A stretch of 63,387 nt of DNA, counting the filler, from Craspedostauros australis (Eukaryota): NCBI GenBank assembly GCA_030167865.1. It is 13 parts of 13 records of this genome, joined end to end, with 100 filler letters (N's around TTAATTAATTAA, not from the genome) between each part and the next. Parts side by side here need not be neighbours in the genome. Positions count along the whole stretch, not along the records: positions 50,176 to 53,245 come from JALAGF010005948.1; positions 53,346 to 60,945 come from JALAGF010005950.1; positions 61,046 to 63,387 come from JALAGF010005953.1; 10 more parts are not named here. One strand, written 5' to 3'. Positions 51,522-62,438 of the stretch are shown piece after piece. Position 1 is the first letter of the stretch, and every line of letters begins with the position of its first letter. The notes under the pieces are model-generated. The model was not told the DNA's origin. It saw only the letters and a list, made by a program, of their open reading frames with translations, and did not search any database. The position numbers and the translations under genes are program-made.

Positions 51522-52102
51522 TGTTGGAAGGCTCCGNNNNNNNNNNNNNNNNNNNNNNNNNNNNNNNNNNNNNNNNNNNNNNNNNNNNNNNNNNNNNNNN
51601 NNNNNNNNNNNNNNNNNNNNNNNNNNNNNNNNNNNNNNNNNNNNNNNNNNNNNNNNNNNNNNNNNNNNNNNNNNNNTTGCTCTCATTGCTTGGTGCAATC
51701 CTCTTGCACCTCCATGCACATTGCTCTCATGTTGCTCGTTGATGTTGACTTGATTGTCAACGTTGTCGTTTCTCTCTCGTTGTCTCGTCGTTGTTCCGTT
51801 CTCAGGTTTTGTTGAACCCGATGATTGATCGAATCTGATGGAATATTCACAACATATTTCATTCCTGTAGACCTGGTAGTTAAGGTCTCGATGTGACGTC
51901 ACGNNNNNNNNNNNNNNNNNNNNNNNNNNNNNNNNNNNNNNNNNNNNNNNNNNNNNNNNNNNNNNNNNNNNNNNNNNNNNNNNNNNNNNNNNNNNNNNNN
52001 NNNNNNNNNNNNNNNNNNNNCGTGATTCCGCCACCAAATAGTCTAGATGGCGGCAAGCAAGTGTGACTGATGCATACACATCCGAGTACACACATTCCGA
52101 CA
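51522..52102 (-). repeat. 5' LTR of the gag-bearing copia element (gapped)
   Basis: Termini TGTCGGAA...TTCCAACA form a 7/8 inverted repeat. It lies upstream of gag. Confidence 0.7.
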
Positions 52103-53165
52103 CCGTTGTCTATCAGCTCCCGAGTGAAATGATGTCGTATATCGATGTGTCTCGTTCGCGCTGATGTCGACGGATTGGAGGCAATGAAAATAGCCCCCAC
52201 ATTGTCCACATACACGTCTACTGGTTTGGTCATCGTCAAGCCGATGTCCTCCATTAGTTGCGTGAGGAAGCGGATCTCTTTTCCTGCTTCTGACAGGGCG
52301 ACGTATTCCGCCTCTGTGGAGCTGAGAGTTACACTTCGTTGTGCCTTCGATCTCCATACGATGGGCACCCCTTGCAGCAGGACGAGATGTCCCCCGACAC
52401 TGATCCGGTTATCCTTGTCTCCCGCAAACTCGCTGTCTGCGTAGATCTCGATCTTCCATGCGTCGTTCTCCAGCGGGGTAGGTTGCATCCGTAATCCGTA
52501 GTCCCTCGTGTCCGACACGAACTTCATCACTCGCAGCATCTCCTTGTATGCAGCAGCTGATGGTCCATCCAACACTTTGGTAAGCTCCCGCACCGCATTC
52601 GCAATGTCGGGTCGCGAGTGCTTCACCAAGTATCGCAGCATACCTACTCCGCTTCGGTATCTACTGTGTCGGTCACTGTCCACTTTGGGTAGGTCGCTGT
52701 TCCTCTGAATACCCTGTCCTGGTGTTCCTGGGGTTCCGTATCGTTGTAGAGTTAGGACGTCATCCTTGAACGTATCGATGATATTCTTGATGATATGTGG
52801 CTGGTTCACCCAGCAGTTTGACTGGTTGTCGTTGAACATGATCTTGCAGCTGAGGTAGTCTTCGAGGTCGTTCTCCACCTTGATTCCGAATTGCTCAGCT
52901 TTGATATCGATCGTCAGTTGCTTCAACTCCGCCTTTTCCCCGATGCATAGGCAGTCATCGACGTAGGTGCCTATCAGCAGCAGTCTCCCTTCCTGATTCC
53001 GAATCAGAAGGCATGGATCCACTTTGCTCTGTCGAAATCCCAGCTTGAGTAGAATGTCGACCAGCTTTTTGTTCCATTGTCTGGCGCTCTGCACTAATCC
53101 GTAGATAGTCTTCTTGAGCAGCAAGCATTCATCGGCCTCATGCCTCATGCCCTTTGGGCATTGCA
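52103..53165 (-). pseudogene. Ty1/copia RT-RNase H fragment, truncated at both ends
   Basis: Motifs LKKTIYGLVQSARQW, YVDD, SRPDI, YADSEF, STEAEY, VDN and RHIDIRHHF. It lacks the terminal AD..TK motif. Confidence 0.9.
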
Positions 53166-53345
53166 TGTCGAGATGTACATGTGAGTATATGTCAAGATGT
53201 ACGTGTATATGTGCATCGTTCACCCGTTATTCTCTCATACGCACTNNNNNNNNNNNNNNNNNNNNNNNNNNNNNNNNNNNNNNNNNNNNTTAATTAATTA
53301 ANNNNNNNNNNNNNNNNNNNNNNNNNNNNNNNNNNNNNNNNNNNN

Positions 53346-53913
53346 ATCCGTGGTAGTGCAGTAGGTTGGTGAGTTTGTGTGTGAGTGTGTGTCTTAGTCT
53401 TTAAAAGCTGATACAAATCCAAATGAGACGTTCAAAAGGATTGTGAGCAGGTGATGAGCAGCATCCATTATAGTTGGATCTGCATCATCTCTATTAGTAG
53501 TAACATAGTGGAGCGTTGAGTCTCCCACGTGCAATCATCGCGGTGCCGATGTTGCCATTCGAGAGAGGAGACATCAATTTCGTGATGGTCGGAGAGAGAG
53601 TTTGTTGTTCACTCTCTTCCGATCNNNNNNNNNNNNNNNNNNNNNNNNNNNNNNNNNNNNNNNNNNNNNNNNNNNNNNNNNNNNNNNNNNNNNNNNNNNN
53701 NNNNNNNNNNNNNNNNNNNNNNNNNNNNNNNNNNNNNNNNNNNNNCGACATCGTCATAAGTAGAGCACGATTCGTGGGGAGAGACCCCGTGGGACCCCAT
53801 CCCACCGACATCGAGTCACGCTTCAATCCGCTCAAACATTCTGAGCAGTCGGGCATTTGACTAACTAGACTAAATCTTAACACGACTAATGGGAATGCTG
53901 GTTTGAGCTAATA
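53346..53913 (-). repeat. 3' LTR (starts TATTAG after the PPT GGGGAG at 53914-53919)
   Basis: A purine tract 30 nt after the pol stop, and identity with the 5' LTR. Confidence 0.8.
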
Positions 53914-53946
53914 CTCCCCAAAGTGTGTCTCGATGTAGGTAGCAGT

Positions 53947-56900
53947 TCAGGCACCATGACCTTGAGGGACGCTGGATCCTTTCCAGAAGAGCAGGGGCTT
54001 GACGAGGGGCCAGAAGGATGCCCATGGGAGGAACTTGGTCATGATGTCGGCCACATTTTGGGAGCCGTGNATTTTGACGAAGTAGAGTACCCCGGCAGCG
54101 ACTGCGGAGCGGACCCTGTGGTAGGCGAGAGCATTGTGCCGCTTGGACAGCATGCTCATGGGCACAGTGGACGAGGTGATCACGCTTTGGTTATCACCAA
54201 ACATCCAGCTGGGACCGTCGATGGGAATGCCCATCTCGCGGAGAGCGAGGCGGAGAGAGATGATCTGTTCGGTAGCCTGTCTGGCAGCGACGAATTCAGA
54301 TCCGTAGGTTGCGGTCTCGACAGTGGCTTGGCGCTTGCTGAACCACTCGATGGGAGTCTGGTTAACAAGATGGAGAACGCCGGTTGCGGACCTGCCAGTG
54401 ACCTTGCAGTGGNNNNNNNNNNNNNNNNNNNNNNNNNNNNNNNNNNNNNNNNNNNNNNNNNNNNNNNNNNNNNNNNNNNNNNNNNNNNNNNNNNNNNNNN
54501 NNNNNNNNNNNNNNNNNNNNNCGTGATGGGGAACCCCGGTACGGAACCGGATGGCGGCATCGGGATGCTTGCGCAGGTACCCGTAGACGCGTTGAGCGCG
54601 CTCGATGTACGATTGCGGGCTCATCTTCATTGTGCCATCGCTATCGCGACCGAAGTCTGCGCCGAGGTGGTATTTGACGGGTCCGACACCCTTCAACTTG
54701 TATCCGTAGACGGAAGTGAGGGTGTCGAAGAAGGCTTGCGGGTCCTTCATAGTGGCCATGAGATCGTCCACGTAGACGCAGACATATTCCCAGTGGTCAC
54801 CACCGTCGCGCATCCACACATCAGGGTCGGATCTGCATTGGAAGAATTGCAGGTCCCTGAGTGTGTCTGCGAGCGCTTCGTGGAAGCGTGCGCCGGAAGT
54901 GCGGAGACCGTAGAGTGCCTTGACGATTTGCATCATGTGGCCAGCCTTGTCTCCGAACTCGTCTCCAGCGACGAAGCAGATGCGTTCCTTGGTGTAGGCT
55001 TCCAAGTACGCGTTGCCAATGTCGCCAACCATGGTCTGTAGCCCGTTCATCTCCCCAGCGAGTAGTGCGAGGCGGAGGGAACGGAGACTGACGACTCCAG
55101 CATATGCTGTGTCCTTGCATGGCGCTGTCAGGTGACCGCCAGCGACGCATCTGGCCTTGTGGCGCAGATCGTGCTTCACGGCGTATACCCATTGCAACCG
55201 AATCTTCTGGAACCCATCGGGTACCTTGGCATGGTATCCGAGGGNCTTGAANGTNTCGTAGCTCGTGAGCTGGTCCATTTCCTTGCGCTCGGCNTCAGCC
55301 CACAGCGTGTTACCATTCTTGGCGTCAAGCATCATCGCTTCCTTGTGGTTGCGCGGTACCTGAACGCCGAATTGGAATACAGGGGTGTTGCTGCGGTTCA
55401 CCTTGTTGGTGGCGATTGCACGAGCGATCGAGTGTTGGCGAATATCAATGTGTCGGAAACGCTTCCACCCGGGAACCCCAAGCAAATCGTGTTTCCGCGC
55501 ATAAATAGCGCAAGAGACCGGGTCATCCTTCGCAATGACAGATAACGGTTCNNNNNNNNNNNNNNNNNNNNNNNNNNNNNNNNNNNNNNNNNNNNNNNNN
55601 NNNNNNNNNNNNNNNNNNNNNNNNNNGAGGGGACCTTCGTGATCCACGATGTCTTGGAAGGACCATTGATTCTCTGCCTGCGGGTTGTCCGCAGCACCAT
55701 CTGTGGTTTGGCGCTCGAAGACGTCGGAAAGTTCGACATACGAAATCAGTTCGTGAAGCTCCCCATCGTTGAGTGATAGGAGCATCTTGATACGCNNNNN
55801 NNNNNNNNNNNNNNNNNNNNNNNNNNNNNNNNNNNNNNNNNNNNNTTGATCCCTTGTAGGATGGGGATGTCTGAGGGAGGGGACCTTCGTGATCCACGAT
55901 GTCTTGGAAGGACCATTGATTCTCTGCCTGCGGGTTGTCCGCAGCACCATCTGTGGTTTGGCGCTCGAAGACGTCGGAAAGTTCGACATACGAAATCAGT
56001 TCGTGAAGCTCCCCATCGTTGAGTGATAGGAGCATCTTGATACGCTGATGGTTCTCAGCGTCTGAATCGTTGATCTTTTGGATCACTTCGTCCCGGACGT
56101 TTTGTTCATTGCGGTGGAACAAAATTGTCTTGCCCAGAAGTTCTTCAGGAGTGAACTTTGGAACAGAAACGACGTCCTTTCCACTTGTGCTGGATTCTGT
56201 CTCTTGATGTGAGAACAAAACAGCATCTGATAATGCGTGAACGATGGGTTCAACATCGGAGGGGATGGTGTTGTCTATGTAGTCACCGTCATCGCTGTCT
56301 GATACAGTAGTCGCAGAATCGGCATCCTCCCCCACGAGTGGAAACGGATAGTCGGCTCTCAAGTTGCGAGTAGAGGCATCATCGGCGGCGCGGATAGCAG
56401 ACCGAGGCAGGAGTTGTTGTGTTGCATTGTCGAGCACCCAGAATGTGAGGTCGTCGCCCTTGTGGAGACACTGACCAGCCCAGCAGCCGCGGCGCTCCTT
56501 GGACTCACTCGGGAAGCCAGGACGTTCCACACGGTAGTAGACCGGTTGCCACCAGTAGTACGCAAGGTACTTGCTGACATCCGGACGCTGCCCGAAGGCA
56601 GCCTGTGACGGGGTCACATTACCACACGTGCGCTGCGCGATGTGATTGAAGAGATCAATGACGTACATCGTGCAGATGAGCCAGAACCGTGACGGGGTAC
56701 CCGTGCGATCCATGACGCCGTTGACAGTACGTTTGATGTCCTGAATGCGGCGCTCGGCTCCGTTCTGGTGCTGGTGCTCTGGTTCACTCTGGTGATCCTT
56801 GATTGCGTATTGACGCAGGATGTCTTGCACTTTGAACCCCACCTCTGATTTCGCGTTGTCCGACATTAGTAGGTCGGGCGCTCCATGCCGACGAATGAAG

Positions 56901-59900
56901 TCAAGCAAGGAGTCCGCGACCTGCCGCTCGGACGCCATTGGGAACCCCGATGTGTACCGAGAGTCGAGCGCAACGAACACCTGGATCATGGTGCAGCCAC
57001 CATGGCCAGGGACACCGTCATCATGAGCGGGNGTATCAGAGAAGAAAGTGTCCATCGCGACCGTCTCGTGAAGACGATCAACGTTGGCCGCCGGAAAACG
57101 AGTGCGGAAATGCTTGCGCATCGCGAATCGTTCCGAAGTGCGGTACCACTGGGAAGTGCAGCCGAGAGTGTCCTTGATCCGACGAGCAGGGATCCAGCCG
57201 AAGTGTGGACGNNNNNNNNNNNNNNNNNNNNNNNNNNNNNNNNNNNNNNNNNNNNNNNNNNGTTGTCCGACATTAGTAGGTCGGGCGCTCCATGCCGACG
57301 AATGAAGTCAAGCAAGGAGTCCGCGACCTGCCGCTCGGACGCCATTGGGAACCCCGATGTGTACCGAGAGTCGAGCGCAACGAACACCTGGATCATGGTG
57401 CAGCCACCATGGCCAGGGACACCGTCATCATGAGCGGGTGTATCAGAGAAGAAAGTNNNNNNNNNNNNNNNNNNNNNNNNNNNNNNNNNNNNNNNNNNNN
57501 NNNNNNNNNNNNNNNNNNNNNNNNNNNNNNNNNNNNNNNNNNNNNNNNNNNNNNNNNNNNNNNNNNNNNNNNNNNNNTCCTTGATCCGACGAGCAGGGAT
57601 CCAGCCGAAGTGTGGACGCAGTGCCTCATAGTCGATGGGCGAGTTGCGAACACGAACGGAACCGGAATTGCCAGCGGACCCGGAATGCGGGACTGTCCCG
57701 CGGGCCTCATCCGTCGATGCCGCATATACATGCAGGCGATCGAGGTCGGCGAGCACGGAATCATCATCATCATCGTCCGCGAGAGCGCGGACATCATCAA
57801 GACCGAACTCCTGATCGAGGACGGAAGGGTCCGAGACGTCATCGGACGTGAAGTCCACATGAGGGTACTGATCCATCTCAGCAGGGGTCGGTGGGCGCAT
57901 GTCCATGTAGGACAGGCCAGCACGGATAGACAGTGGGATGACGTGCCCCTCAGGCGTGACGACAGTTTGTCGACCGCCAGGGAGTCCACGTGGGCGTTCA
58001 TTCACATCCATACCAAACGCGGAGAGTTGGTTGGTAGAGTGGATGGACTTGCCCTTCCCGTAGAGAGCGTACTGATGGAACTTGGCGATGATCGGGCCAC
58101 TGCTCGTATGAAGCAGGGCCGCGACCGTACCAATATCCAGACTTGCAATGGTGGAATCACCAATGCCGCTCACGTCTGCCGTGGTGCCTGTCTTGCACAG
58201 GACCAGAACATCGTCGCCAGCAAGGCCGCCATTGGCGCCACTGTCGACGAGGGCACCCGTCTTCGCCGCCACCGAGGTCTCGAAGTTGTAGCGGACCACG
58301 GTGGAGTTGACACGTCGCCATGCGCCACCCTCGGAATCGACGAAGTCAGCGGTCGATTGACTGGACTGACGCGCCTGGGCGAGCATGCGGTTGATGGCAG
58401 ATCCCGGGGGGCCGCCCTTGGGTTCCGCAGTGCCCCTGGAACCTGACGGCGCGGAGGACCCTGGTACCGTGTCTGACGAAGAGTTCCCAGAGGACTTGGC
58501 TTTATTGGCAGCACGTGAAGTGTCACCCTTGCCAGCACCACGGGATGAGTTGTTGTGCATGTAGTCCTTCTTCTGGGCCCAAGACATCATTGCCCACTCC
58601 TCATTCGGAATGCGGGTACGCTTGTCGTTGGTGTAAGTCTTGCCATTGCCTTTGGCAGGAGACTTGCCCAAAGAACCACCCTTTCCCTTGCCGGTCGTAG
58701 CGTTGTTGACATTACGCTTCTGAACCTGACGAGGATGAGAGGAATCGAGGCGCTGAGCATGGATCCGAACCGAGTTGAGGTGGTGATCGAATCCAGCCGC
58801 CTTGATCTCGAAACCGGATGGCATGGCCGCGAGCATCTCGTCACGGACGTAGGAAGTGCTCGTGAGAGCATTGAGAAGATCCTTGTCCGGAGCGATCGAG
58901 TTGTGCAGCCATGTCTTCTTCGTGTTGTCCGGCAGGGCGTCATCTTCCATATCTTCGATATCGGATATGATGCCTTGCCAGGTGTCCACGAAGTTCTCAC
59001 GGTTCTTCTTCCAGCTGTTATCCAAGGTGAAGGAGGCGATGCGAGCACGAAGTGCCATTNNNNNNNNNNNNNNNNNNNNNNNNNNNNNNNNNNNNNNNNN
59101 NNNNNNNNNGCGATGCGAGCACGAAGTGCCATTGCCGCGCTCTCACCGTTGACACCATTGGTGTAAATCTCAATGAGACTCTGATAGACAGCTCGACCGT
59201 CCTTGCTTGCTTGGTGCTTGCGAAGGAGCTGGTTGCCACGCGAAGTCTTGACATGGAGGCTCAGAACAGAGTACAAGTACCTGTTCTGCATGTTGTAGAA
59301 CAACATGTCCGATGGACCNNNNNNNNNNNNNNNNNNNNNNNNNNNNNNNNNNNNNNNNNNNNNNNNNNCCACGAAGGATCGATGTGATACTCAAGACCAT
59401 GAGTATACGCGATCGCTTCGAATTGGCGCCGGAACGAAAGGAAGCGCTTGTCATCCTTCAGGGTGGGGAATGCGAGGGCCTCACGCTTGACACCACGGCT
59501 GAACTCCTTGGTGAACGACTCTGGGAGAGCGCTCGANGGAGNGAATGNAACACTTGGCACAGGNGCACCAGCGATTGGAGTTTCCGCNGNTGCNACNNGT
59601 GCCGAAGGTTCGGTCACCGGAGTAGCAAATCTGGTCCGATCAGGAGGGGACACAGATTCGATGTCCTCATCGTCATCCACAGTACGGCGAGTGCGAGAAC
59701 TGGGAGGAACGATGCCGACACCTCCTCGGGGACGGTAGCTGGCCGGGGTCCGGGGACCCGCGGTCCCGATGACGGATGGGTGCGAGATGTCATACATGTC
59801 GACACTCATCCATTCATCAGGAGTCAATCGTGGTTGGAGATTGATCCAGCGCACCAATGCGAGGATCTTGTTGACAACAAGCACATTCATGGGGCGAAAT

Positions 59901-60097
59901 GTGTTGTCGTCGTCGTCGGTCACCTCGATTGCCAAGAGGGCAGGCTTATCGAGATGAATCAAGTCCATTGCGTTGGCGATGCCGGCCTCGTTGAGAGCGC
60001 GACGTTGCCAAGAATGGGCCTGAATGCCAATGACAGACAAGATGTGGTTGAGTATGGTGTACTCGTTGATGTCGGTGATGTTGGTGTTGGTAGCCAT
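53947..60097 (-). CDS. Gag-Pol polyprotein, broken by gaps and duplications, with an apparent internal RT deletion near 54600
   Basis: Motifs LVDSGANGG; VAMDT/SDNAK/AERRIQ; KARCVAGG, DIGNAYL, KALYGL, YVDD; TYGSEF, GDN, ADIMTK. Confidence 0.88.
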
Positions 60098-60633
60098 GGT
60101 AGAAAAGCGTTCGGTGATGGGTGATGGGTGATGGTTGATGTGATGTGATGTGATGTGATGTAGATTGTTTGTTTTGTGTTTGTTTTGTTGTAGTTGGCGG
60201 AGTATTTGTTTGTCTTGATATTTCTGGTTTCTCGCGTAGATCGCCGTNNNNNNNNNNNNNNNNNNNNNNNNNNNNNNNNNNNNNNNNNNNNNNNNNNNNN
60301 NNNNNNNNNNNNNNNNNNNNNNNNNNNNNNNNNNNNNNNNNNNNNNNNNNNNNNNNNNNNNNNNNNNNNNNNNNNNNNNNNNNNNNNNNNNNNNNAGGAT
60401 TGGCGTGTGAAGCAGTTTGGAAAGAGAGAGTGTACACACTTGGACTGTGATGTCTGGAGTGTGGTGAGCGCGCGAGGGCTGAAGCCGAGTGGAGCTGAAC
60501 GGTGGAATCCGAACAGAAGAGTGTGTCTGCGCAGAGAACTGGGCAGAGAGTGTCACGTCGTCACGTGGGGTAGCTGAGGATGCTTGAAGCAGAGGAAGTG
60601 GATATTCACTCGATCAACACAGGTGTGGAGCGA

Positions 60634-60648
60634 GTGCGACTGTTAATC
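60634..60648 (-). promoter_or_regulatory. Primer-binding site complementary to a tRNA-Asn(GUU) anticodon arm
   Basis: GATTAACAGTCGCAC directly follows the LTR end CTATCA. Its complement GTGCGACTGTTAATC contains the Asn loop CT-GTT-AA. Confidence 0.7.
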
Positions 60649-60945
60649 TGATAGAACGATANNGAAAACGAGGGTAACTTACTGTACGCCGAAGGGTGAT
60701 CAATCCGTGGTAGTGCAGTAGGTTGGTGAGTTTGTGTGTGAGTGTGTGTCTTAGTCTTTAAAAGCTGATACAAATCCAAATGAGACGTTCAAAAGGATTG
60801 TGAGCAGGTGATGAGCAGCATCCATTATAGTTGGATCTGCATCATCTCTATTAGTAGTAACATAGTGGAGCGTTGAGTCTCCCACGTGCAATCATCGCGG
60901 TGCCGATGTTGCCATTCGAGAGAGGAGACATCAATTTCGTGATGG
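60649..60945 (-). repeat. 5' LTR (partial)
   Basis: Identical to the 3' LTR, ends ...CTATCA and contains a TATAAT box. Confidence 0.85.
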
Positions 60946-61433
60946 NNNNNNNNNNNNNNNNNNNNNNNNNNNNNNNNNNNNNNNNNNNNTTAATTAATTA
61001 ANNNNNNNNNNNNNNNNNNNNNNNNNNNNNNNNNNNNNNNNNNNNAACCAATCGAATGGCAAAGGCTCCTCTTTGTTGGTACCGCACTCGTACGTCTGTA
61101 CCACATCGTGCCATGCCAGTACTCCACTTCCTTTTCATCACACATGTGCAACCCTCGCGATCATTGCTGCCATCAAGTCCACGCGTCTGTACTCGTCACT
61201 GGAGCACCAACGATGCATCCTCTGATCATTCATCTCTGCTCATGCCCTGCCGACGGCACTGCCACTAGCACGATCGCCATGTATTGGTGGAGCAGAGGAG
61301 AGTAGAGTAGAGCAGAGCGCAACGAATCCACACCATACAATGCTCGTATGCTATACTATGCTATGTTGTGATGTGCTAGTGCAGCTCCTATAATATGTTA
61401 CATTCGATGAGCTATTCCGTGTGGGATAATATG

Positions 61434-61535
61434 GTATCCGAGAATCACATGCGGGACTCAATTGGTATCCAAGACACGAATCGATCGACTCGAAGGTATC
61501 CGAGAGTCAGACATGTGACACGATCGTATCCGAGA
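61434..61535 (+). repeat. Four GTATCCRAGA motifs at 31/31/30-bp spacing
   Basis: Motif starts at 61434, 61465, 61496 and 61526. Confidence 0.8.
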
Positions 61536-62438
61536 CTGAGAAGGATCCCAGAAGCATAGCTCTACCGCCCCGCACAGTATACTACTTCAAATCGGATCCT
61601 GGANNNNNNNNNNNNNNNNNNNNNNNNNNNNNNNNNNNNNNNNNNNNNNNNGCACGATACATTCAAACCAAAAGAGGAGAAACTTCAGATAGCAACGCGA
61701 ATGCCAAGCAACTCAATGAAGCAACATCCATACATAATTACACTCACAATTAGCAGCACAGTTACAATGCATTCCTAAGTTGCTAGTCGTCACCAGAGCC
61801 AAGCAGCGTCCTCGTCCAAACCAGGCGAGTCCACTGCTGGGAAACAACATTCCGTCGTCTGCGTGCTGAAGACGAACACGCAGGACGCCCCCTTCTGCAG
61901 ATACAGACGTTCTGGGTAACCAAACGTGGCATCACCGAGTCTTCGTTTTAGTTCGCACCTAACGTTTCCTCGCTGAGCTGGCCTCGAACAAGACAAGTTT
62001 AGAATACTCGACAAGTTGTACGACAAGAACGCAAGTGCACTCGTATGGATGTCTGGACGGAGTGGTTGAGACTGCAGTCAAGTTGTGTGGTTCATCTTTG
62101 GATATGCTCCCTTGAAGTCATGGGCAAAGGTACCATATCATACTATACTAGCACATGGAAGTACGAGAATGCACAACTGGCAAGGCGCGGCGCAGCACAG
62201 GATGCAAATGATTGTTACACGACCATATTGTAACATGTATTTTATTCTTGGATCATCGTGCCATATGCAACGATGGAGTTGAGTTGCGCCATTCGTTCTG
62301 AATATGGATCGCATCCGTGCTGTCTTGCCGCTGCGGAAGATGCGACCGTATGAGCATGGGCGTACNNNNNNNNNNNNNNNNNNNNNNNNNNNNNNNNNCC
62401 TGTTCGCGCCCTGAGAGTGCGGTCTGCCATTTCATTTT

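Larger units (their letters stand above)
53346..60945 (-). mobile_element. Near full-length CoDi-type Ty1/copia LTR retrotransposon
   Basis: Two LTRs identical over 243 bp (53346-53588 = 60703-60945), PBS, PPT and gag-PR-IN-RT-RH order. Confidence 0.95.

Noticed and set aside
3296..61001. Recurring TTAATTAATTAA as a biological repeat, and any gene neighbourhood across it
   Set aside because: It is always centred in N blocks, so it is a concatenation linker. Adjacent scaffolds are not linked.
61434..61535. CRISPR array
   Set aside because: The repeats are 10 bp with only four units, there are no cas genes and the context is eukaryotic.
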